This document shows, one piece after another, positions 57,665-64,000 of a stretch of DNA of 64,000 bases. Source of the stretch: Gemmatimonadales bacterium UBA2960 (GTDB taxonomy: Bacteria > Gemmatimonadota > Gemmatimonadetes > Longimicrobiales > Gaopeijiaceae); contig DEBI01000134.1 in the NCBI GenBank assembly GCA_002348465.1, positions 375 to 64,374 on the forward strand, read 5' to 3'. The notes below the pieces were generated by a model. The model did no database searches, was not told the origin of the DNA, and saw nothing but the letters and a program-made list of their open reading frames with translations. Within the stretch, counting starts at the first letter, position 1. Every line of letters begins with the position of its first letter. The translations under genes and the position numbers were made by a program.

Positions 57665-57862
57665 CTCTGATGCGTAGTTTCAGAGCAGAGACTGATTTGA
57701 TCGACGTTAGGGGCTTAGGCTCTAAAAAGTGGAATCTACATGTCCAGGTCGTGCTTTTAGGGAGTGGCACTGCGCCTTGAGCTTTATTGCTTGTACTGCC
57801 TTCGTTTAGATTGGCTCTCTGACTACAACCTCAACACGCCCCAAGGGTTCAGTGTCCCTGTA

Positions 57863-58435
57863 ATGAGCGAAGCTTCATCAGAAGGTGAGCTGGTTCGGCT
57901 GGCGTTAGAAGGCGACGAACATGCCTTTGGGAATCTCGTCGAGCTCTACCAGCGAGCGGCATACGCGGTTGCGTACTCCGTTACCGGACGGCATGAAGAC
58001 GCTGAAGATGCAGCGCAGGAGTCGTTTCTAGTTGCACTAGAACGACTGGAGGAGTGCAGAAACCCGGACCGCTTTGGGGGATGGTTGATGACCATTGTCC
58101 GAAATCGATCCAAAAACCTGATTCGACGTGAGTCGCTTCGGGAGACAGATGAAATCCCGATGGGCGCGACTTCAAGGAGTCCTATGCCGGATAGGGTGGT
58201 GGAGAATATACAAATTAGGGAAACACTCGAAGGAGCCTTGCGTAAGCTTCCTGAAGTACAAAGGCAGATTGTCTTGCTACATGATCTTGAGGGTTGGAAA
58301 CACAGAGAAATTGCGGACAGATTGGGACTTCCGTCGGGAACTGTGAGGTCGCACTTACACTTTGCAAGAAAAGCCCTGCGTGTGGAGTTGGGATCATCCC
58401 CTTTAGGGGTCGAGAAACGAAGGAAGGTGCAATAA
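57863..58435 (+). CDS. ECF-type RNA polymerase sigma-70 factor
   Basis: The ATG at 57863 gives MSEASSEGELVRLALEGDEHAFGNLVELYQRAAYAVAY. DAEDAAQESFL is region 2. The region 4 helix-turn-helix is WKHREIADRLGLPSGTVRSHLHFARKAL. Confidence 0.9.
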   Translation: MSEASSEGELVRLALEGDEHAFGNLVELYQRAAYAVAYSVTGRHEDAEDAAQESFLVALERLEECRNPDRFGGWLMTIVRNRSKNLIRRESLRETDEIPMGATSRSPMPDRVVENIQIRETLEGALRKLPEVQRQIVLLHDLEGWKHREIADRLGLPSGTVRSHLHFARKALRVELGSSPLGVEKRRKVQ

Positions 58436-58842
58436 TGGATTGGACTAAGGGCCGAGAAGGTGACCTCGGTCGTGATGTAGAGTTAGAGGAGCAGCTACGA
58501 GTGCTCGACCCGTCGCAGGATGATCCTAGCTACTGGTTTCGTTTTCGTGGTTGGGTTATGAAGGAAGCTGAAGGTGAGCTTGCGCGCCGCCGCATGTCGG
58601 TGGACTTGACGGTGGAAGATTTATTGGAGTCGTGGTCTCGTACTGTCATCCCGGTTGCCATGGCAGCTGCGATTGCAGCGATCGCACTCATCCGAAGCTC
58701 TCCAGACGACGCTCCCGAGCTGTTTATGGCGGTTGGAGTAGAAGAGCTTCTTGTCAGAGAGATTCCAGCCCAAACTCAGCCAGTGCTATTATCACCCAAT
58801 GCGGCGGAGGGGATCGTCGCCTTCGCTATGGATACGTACTAG
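58435..58842 (+). CDS. Single-pass membrane protein downstream of the ECF sigma (candidate anti-sigma factor)
   Basis: The ATG overlaps the sigma TAA (taatg). One TM segment, VIPVAMAAAIAAIALI. No HxxxCxxC zinc anti-sigma motif is visible, so the assignment rests on position only. Confidence 0.45.
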   Translation: MDWTKGREGDLGRDVELEEQLRVLDPSQDDPSYWFRFRGWVMKEAEGELARRRMSVDLTVEDLLESWSRTVIPVAMAAAIAAIALIRSSPDDAPELFMAVGVEELLVREIPAQTQPVLLSPNAAEGIVAFAMDTY

Positions 58843-59288
58843 TGGCTCAGGAATCTCGCACTAGGCTTACGACGGTAGTGCTTCTTCTCGTCGTCTTCGG
58901 CACCGGTTTGCTGATTGGTTTTGCAGTAGGCAATGAAGTGATGAGCGAGCCAGAAAATGACGGGAGCATGGTGGCAGCGGAGATCGAAGTCGATACCAAC
59001 GAGAGCGAAGTGGAGCCACGTCGGCGTCGCATATATGACCAAGTCGAACCTAACGAACAGCAACTTCGTGTCATCGACTCTATCGTAACCGTGCATCGGG
59101 GAAGGACGAACACGCTAGATGAAGAGATGCGGGCACAGCTAAACAGCGGTTTCAGGTTGATTCTTCTTGAGACTAGAGAGGCGATTAAAGATGTTCTCAC
59201 GTCGGAACAGGCTGCTGAATATCAGAGGCTCTTGGACGAGAACGACGCTCGCCGCCAAGATCGAGAGAATGAGGACGAGGGAAACTGA
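58842..59288 (+). CDS. Spy/CpxP-family-like periplasmic protein
   Basis: The GTG at 58842 overlaps the upstream TAG. N-terminal anchor/signal LTTVVLLLVVFGTGLLIGFAV, helical and charged, with one LTXXQ motif (LTSEQAAEYQRLL). Confidence 0.5.
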   Translation: MAQESRTRLTTVVLLLVVFGTGLLIGFAVGNEVMSEPENDGSMVAAEIEVDTNESEVEPRRRRIYDQVEPNEQQLRVIDSIVTVHRGRTNTLDEEMRAQLNSGFRLILLETREAIKDVLTSEQAAEYQRLLDENDARRQDRENEDEGN

Positions 59289-59292
59289 AGTA

Positions 59293-60600
59293 ATGCCACA
59301 TAACTTACGGGCCTCCCGCAGGTCTATTGCCTGTTTCGTGGTAGCTTTGACTTTCCCTGTTCCGACTATCGCATGGGCTCAGCAAAGTATCTCGTTGGAC
59401 GATGCGATTGAGAGGGCTGTCATCCGAAGTCCCCAGATGGCATCTCAGCAGCAGCAAGTAGACAACGCTTACTTAACACAGAAGACTAGCTGGGGGAGGT
59501 TCTTGCCGACCCTGAGCGCGAGCGGCTCGGGTTCTCTTCGCAGTTCGTCAACATTCAACGATGTGACTGGCCTACTTGAGCCGGGCAGCTCTGATTCATA
59601 TGGCGCCGGCCTCAGTGGTAGCTGGACGGTACTGGAGGGGACACGGCGTTTCCAGGAGTATGACGCGGCGAAGGCAGACGTTCGAGCCGCGGAAGCAAGG
59701 TATGTGGACTCTCGGTATCAGGTAGCTCTGCAGACGAAGACGGTCTTCTTCAATGCGCTTCGCCAGCAGGACCTGCTCGAAGTGTCTCGGCAGCGTATCA
59801 TCCAGGCCCAGCAGAACATGGAGATTGTTCGGCGCCGGACATTACTAGGTGAAGCGACTGTGTCCGACTCGTTGCGGGCTCGTCTTGATGTGGTCAATGC
59901 TGAACAGGCAGTGTTGCAAGGAGAAACGGCCCTTCGTGCTTCCCGCTTTGCCCTCGGTCGACAGGTAGGGATCGGCCAACCGGTAACCCCGGTTCGACCG
60001 GACAATCTGGATCCGGCTATGCTCCCGTATACTGAGTCGGAGATCTTGGAGATTGCGGAGATGGTATCTCCGGCCGTGATCGCAGCTAGCGAGAGCACCT
60101 TGTCGGCGGGCCTCGGCGTATCAGCGGCGCGTACTCAGTACATTCCTACTATGCGACTATCCTCCGGCTACAACTGGCAGAACCAGACGATGTCGTTCGA
60201 CGGTGGAAGTACGTCTTGGAATATGTCGCTGAGTATGAGCTACCCGATCTTCAATGGCTTTCAGCGTGAAGCGAGCATTGATCGGGCTCAGTATGCACAA
60301 AGAGTTGCACAACTCCAGGAGGACGATGTCAGACTCGGCGCGCGAGAGGAAGCGGACGCTGCTCTGCAGAATCTTTTGACAGCGGAGCAGGCTATTGTCA
60401 TTGCAGAAGACGCGGCATTCGTAGCAGCAGAAGATCTTCGCGTCGTGCGAGCTAGGTACGAGGTAGGAGCCGCGACCATTTTAGACATCCTCGTCAGTCA
60501 GAATGCTGTTACGCAGGCAGATGCAGACGTGGTGACTACACGATATGACTACATTCTCGCTCGGGCTGGACTCGAGGCGATTCTGGGGAGAGAGATGTGA
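59293..60600 (+). CDS. TolC-family outer-membrane efflux protein
   Basis: The ATG at 59293 gives the signal [41 protein letters not shown], two repeated helical halves with the typical ..A...V..A......P.. and ARYE.G pattern ([17 protein letters not shown]). Confidence 0.85.
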   Translation: MPHNLRASRRSIACFVVALTFPVPTIAWAQQSISLDDAIERAVIRSPQMASQQQQVDNAYLTQKTSWGRFLPTLSASGSGSLRSSSTFNDVTGLLEPGSSDSYGAGLSGSWTVLEGTRRFQEYDAAKADVRAAEARYVDSRYQVALQTKTVFFNALRQQDLLEVSRQRIIQAQQNMEIVRRRTLLGEATVSDSLRARLDVVNAEQAVLQGETALRASRFALGRQVGIGQPVTPVRPDNLDPAMLPYTESEILEIAEMVSPAVIAASESTLSAGLGVSAARTQYIPTMRLSSGYNWQNQTMSFDGGSTSWNMSLSMSYPIFNGFQREASIDRAQYAQRVAQLQEDDVRLGAREEADAALQNLLTAEQAIVIAEDAAFVAAEDLRVVRARYEVGAATILDILVSQNAVTQADADVVTTRYDYILARAGLEAILGREM

Positions 60601-61298
60601 GCGACATCATTCGGACGGAACGTTTAGAGAAGCATTACCACTTAGGTGCCGAGACCGTACGAGCGTGTGATGGCGTCGATTTGCTGATTTCACAGGGTGA
60701 GTTCGTTGCAATCATGGGTCCGTCGGGGTCGGGAAAGTCGACTTTGATGAACATGATTGGATGCCTCGACACACCCACTGGGGGTCAGTATTGGCTAAAT
60801 GGTACCCTGGTAAGCGAGCTTTCCGAAGATGAACTCGCACGTGTCCGCAATCGAGAGATTGGTTTTGTCTTTCAGACTTTCAATTTGCTCCCGAGAGCTA
60901 CCGCACTGCACAACGTTGAACTCCCACTGATATACGCTGGTATACCTAGTAAAGAGAGGCGACGCAGGGCATCCGAGAAGCTGGAACTGGTTGGGCTTGG
61001 TGATCGAATGGGTCACAAGCCGCCCGAGATGTCGGGCGGGCAGCGTCAAAGAGTCGCCATCGCTCGTGCGCTGGTCAACGAGCCCGCATTGCTTCTCGCG
61101 GATGAGCCTACTGGAAACCTGGATTCAGTCACAAGCGAGGATGTTATGCGTCAGTTTGAAGAGCTTAACGAACAGGGCCAGACGATAGTTTTGGTAACTC
61201 ACGAACACGACATTGCCGGTCATGCCCAACGGCAGGTTCATCTCAAGGACGGGTTGCTGGAAAAAGATTTCTTGAACCCGGTGGAAGTCACAGGATGA
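60597..61298 (+). CDS. ABC transporter ATP-binding protein (MacB/LolD type)
   Basis: GPSGSGKST Walker [38 protein letters not shown]. Confidence 0.9.
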   Translation: MSDIIRTERLEKHYHLGAETVRACDGVDLLISQGEFVAIMGPSGSGKSTLMNMIGCLDTPTGGQYWLNGTLVSELSEDELARVRNREIGFVFQTFNLLPRATALHNVELPLIYAGIPSKERRRRASEKLELVGLGDRMGHKPPEMSGGQRQRVAIARALVNEPALLLADEPTGNLDSVTSEDVMRQFEELNEQGQTIVLVTHEHDIAGHAQRQVHLKDGLLEKDFLNPVEVTG

Positions 61299-62773
61299 AG
61301 AAATATCTCAATTTTGTTGCGTTGCTCACGTTGTTTGTGGGAGCTTCATGTGGTACCGATCAGGTGGCGGAAGAAGTAGCACCAGCGATGCTCACTACCG
61401 AAGCAGCAATCGGTGATTTACTTATCCGAGCCGAAGCGACCGGAACTGTAGAGCCAGTCCGTGAGGTCGAAGTCAAATCAAAGGCTTCCGGTGAGATTCT
61501 TCAGTTACTGACCGATATCGGTGAGATCGTTAGGCGTGGAACACTTTTGGCCGAGATCGACCCGCGCGATGTCAGAAACCGATACAACCAGACGCAGGCT
61601 GATCTGGCTGTAGCTCAAGCACAGCTGGACATAGCCCAAGCTCAATTGGAGCGTCAGCAGGCCCTGTTGGAAGCCGACGTTATTACGCAGTCGGAGTTCG
61701 AATCGGCTACGCTCTCGCACGCTAACGCTGAGGCGGCGCTAGTGAGGGCTCAGACGAATTTTGAACTCGCTGAGTTACAGTTAGCTGACGTCAGCATCCG
61801 CGCACCTCTCGATGGGACGATTATCCAGAAGAATGTCGAAGAGGGAACAGTGATTCAGTCGGCGGCCTCGAATGTATCTGGAGGAACGGCTCTATTCGTC
61901 ATGGCCAACCTAGACGATATGCAGGTTCGAACACTGGTAGATGAAACGGATATGGGAGATCTAGAACCAGGATTAGTCGCGACCGTTAGTGTAGAGGCGT
62001 ATCCAGATCGGACTTTTAGGGGAGTTGTTGATAAGATCGAACCGCAAGCGGTCGTCGTACAAAACGTGACGATGTTTCCGGTTATAGTTTCGATTGACAA
62101 CCGTGCTGGCCTGCTCAAGCCGGGCATGAACGCGGAAGTGGAAGTCCAAATAGACGAGGCGAGGAGCGTGATTGTTGTGCCGAACAATGCGATCGTGCAG
62201 CCATCCGATATTGGGCCTGCTTCGATGGCTTTGGGACTAGATATTGAAGAGATGGATCTGTCTCAATTTATGGCCCGAGGTAGGGGTAGCTTTGCAGGTG
62301 GAAGAGCGGCCGGTGGCTCTGGGGCACCCTCGAATAATGCGAGTCCCGAAGGAGAGAATGGCCGCAGCGGTAATCCTCGTGCGCAATTTGACCAGATGCG
62401 TGCTCAGGTAGAATCCGGGGAGATCACACAGGATTCTTTGCGTAAGGTGATTCAATCTATGCGAGATCAGTCAGGAAGGGACCGGGGAAACTTCGGCCGG
62501 TCAGCGGAATTGGCCGATGACGGTGCCCCTCCACGAGAGTCTCGTCCAGCTGTTGTATTCGTACTTTCTGCCGACAGTATTCCAGAGCCTAGGCTTGTAC
62601 AGATGGGGCTGGGTGACTGGGATAACACAGAGATTGTGGGCGGCCTGGAAGAAGGGGAAACACTTGTGATTGTTGGGGCGGCGCAGCTTCAGGCCCAGCG
62701 GGATGCTTTTATGCAGCAGATGAGAGGGCGGTCACCGTTCGGTAGTGGTCGACCACTTAGCAGTTTCAGGTAG
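61295..62773 (+). CDS. Periplasmic adaptor (MacA/HlyD membrane-fusion family) with a Gly/Arg-rich insertion
   Basis: Lipoprotein-like signal [11 protein letters not shown], coiled-coil hairpin ([24 protein letters not shown]), IRAPLDGTI and beta-barrel blocks. An unusual ~100-aa low-complexity segment ([17 protein letters not shown]...) lies near the C-terminus. Confidence 0.85.
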   Translation: MKKYLNFVALLTLFVGASCGTDQVAEEVAPAMLTTEAAIGDLLIRAEATGTVEPVREVEVKSKASGEILQLLTDIGEIVRRGTLLAEIDPRDVRNRYNQTQADLAVAQAQLDIAQAQLERQQALLEADVITQSEFESATLSHANAEAALVRAQTNFELAELQLADVSIRAPLDGTIIQKNVEEGTVIQSAASNVSGGTALFVMANLDDMQVRTLVDETDMGDLEPGLVATVSVEAYPDRTFRGVVDKIEPQAVVVQNVTMFPVIVSIDNRAGLLKPGMNAEVEVQIDEARSVIVVPNNAIVQPSDIGPASMALGLDIEEMDLSQFMARGRGSFAGGRAAGGSGAPSNNASPEGENGRSGNPRAQFDQMRAQVESGEITQDSLRKVIQSMRDQSGRDRGNFGRSAELADDGAPPRESRPAVVFVLSADSIPEPRLVQMGLGDWDNTEIVGGLEEGETLVIVGAAQLQAQRDAFMQQMRGRSPFGSGRPLSSFR

Positions 62774-62782
62774 GAATATTCT

Positions 62783-63997
62783 ATGTTGTTTTTCGAGATT
62801 ATTATGGTCGCAATGGGGGCCGTGAGAGCGAACATGCTTAGGTCGGTTCTGACCACGCTTGGCATCGTAATCGGTATAGCGGCTGTGATAACGATGGTCG
62901 CGTTGGGTGAGGGCGCTCAACAAAGGGTTGAAGAACAGATCAACAGGATGGGTACTTCGGTTCTGACGGTCAGGCCTGGACAGCAGATGTGGGGAGGAGT
63001 TTCTCGGGGCGATACGGAGCTTTCTGTTGACGACGCTATCGCCCTGCGAGATCAGTCCAATGGATTGCTTCAGGTTTCACCGGAGCAGCAGTCGAGACTG
63101 CAAGTCGCGTACAAGCGGTGGAACTCGAACACGCAAATTATGGGGGTGTGGCCAGAGTACTTCGAGATTTACGACCACGGTTTGCAGTACGGACGTTTTT
63201 TCAATCAAGGTGAGGTACAAGGGAGACGCAGGGTAGCAGTTCTGGGCTTCAATATGGCTGAAACACTGGGAGAAACTCCGCCGGAACTTCTAGTCGGGGA
63301 AACGATCCAAATCCGCGGGATCATGTTTGAAGTAATCGGAATCATGGAAGAGAAGGGAGATGCAGCGTGGGTGCGTCCCGATGACCAGGTATTTATACCA
63401 CAATCGACCGCACAGTATCGTGTCATGGGAGGTCGCGATCGTCTCAATTCGATTTATGCCGCTACACAGACGCCTGATCAGCTTGACGCTGCGTTCGCAG
63501 AGATTGACCGAATCATGCGTCGTGAGCACCGAATTAAGGTGGGAGAGGAAGTCGATTTTAACATCAGAAATTCAGCGGATTTGCTGGAAACTTTTAACGA
63601 AACGACTCAGACCTTTGCCTTCCTTTTAGCTGGAATCGCTGGAATCTCGCTTCTAGTTGGAGGTATCGGGATTATGAACATCATGCTCGTCTCAGTCACC
63701 GAACGGACTCGTGAGATTGGAGTGCGGAAAGCGCTAGGTGCAACTAGGCGGGCGATTATGACGCAGTTTCTAGTAGAGGCTCTCTTCTTGTGTGTGTTGG
63801 GTGGCATGATTGGGGTAGCGGCTGGGTATGGGGCTTCTGAGATGATGACTCGGGTGGCTGCGTGGGAGACTAGGGTTGCTCCTGAAGCAGTGGCTGCTGC
63901 TATCGGCTTTTCAGCAGCGGTAGGGCTCTTCTTTGGGCTGTGGCCCGCTAGGCGTGCTGCCCTTCTCGACCCCATAGACGCTCTCCGTTACGAGTAG
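62783..63997 (+). CDS. ABC transporter permease (MacB-type, FtsX domain)
   Basis: N-terminal TM, a large periplasmic MacB_PCD-like domain and the C-terminal FtsX block GGIGIMNIMLVSVTERTREIGVRKALGA. Confidence 0.9.
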   Translation: MLFFEIIMVAMGAVRANMLRSVLTTLGIVIGIAAVITMVALGEGAQQRVEEQINRMGTSVLTVRPGQQMWGGVSRGDTELSVDDAIALRDQSNGLLQVSPEQQSRLQVAYKRWNSNTQIMGVWPEYFEIYDHGLQYGRFFNQGEVQGRRRVAVLGFNMAETLGETPPELLVGETIQIRGIMFEVIGIMEEKGDAAWVRPDDQVFIPQSTAQYRVMGGRDRLNSIYAATQTPDQLDAAFAEIDRIMRREHRIKVGEEVDFNIRNSADLLETFNETTQTFAFLLAGIAGISLLVGGIGIMNIMLVSVTERTREIGVRKALGATRRAIMTQFLVEALFLCVLGGMIGVAAGYGASEMMTRVAAWETRVAPEAVAAAIGFSAAVGLFFGLWPARRAALLDPIDALRYE

Positions 63998-64000
63998 GAT

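Noticed and set aside
57731-57752. Candidate ECF-type promoter GGAAT-N14-CGT upstream of the sigma factor gene.
   Set aside because: The spacer is 14 nt, whereas ECF promoters I know have about 16-17 nt between the AAC and CGT elements. I cannot support it from sequence alone.
1-64000. Search for mobile elements, CRISPR arrays, defence systems, rRNA/tRNA genes and long direct or inverted repeats.
   Set aside because: No transposase, integrase or recombinase motifs, no spaced direct-repeat array and no toxin-antitoxin-like small gene pairs were recognised. The only clear repeat is the intragenic duplication at 2384-4075.

Overview
This is a 64 kb bacterial chromosomal segment of roughly mid-50s % GC. 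It is densely coded, mostly on the + strand, and many genes are joined by ATGA/GTGA stop-start overlaps. I found no rRNA, tRNA, CRISPR array, transposase, integrase or phage gene, so it reads as metabolic/core DNA rather than a mobile or defence island. The gene content (BNR/sortilin-like protein, secreted amidohydrolase pairs, GH109-like enzyme, many Tat-exported enzymes, split MacAB-TolC) suggests a Gram-negative environmental organism, perhaps Gemmatimonadota-like, but that is only a guess.

Housekeeping genes I recognise: manA, proBA, glyQS, carB, priA, galK, an ABC-F ATPase, NfuA and an HDAC-family deacetylase.

Redox modules:
- A Tat-exported PaoABC-type molybdo-flavo-iron-sulfur oxidoreductase with a coupled cytochrome b.
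- A Mo-bisPGD oxidoreductase with no Tat signal, a fused FeS-NrfD subunit, a TorD/NarJ-like chaperone and a translationally coupled SulP anion transporter.
- A diheme cytochrome c plus a divergent heme-copper-oxidase/NOR-like subunit.

Other items worth a second look:
- An orphan RnfD/NqrB-like membrane protein fused to CX7C repeats.
- A secreted, internally duplicated creatininase-fold protein.
- A small ORF coupled to a Tat-signal amidase.
- A methyltransferase interrupted by one in-frame TGA.
- An untracked 38-aa MetS-like ORF.
- An ECF-sigma/CpxP-like/TolC/MacAB cluster.

All functional calls rest on motif recognition by eye. No database search was run.
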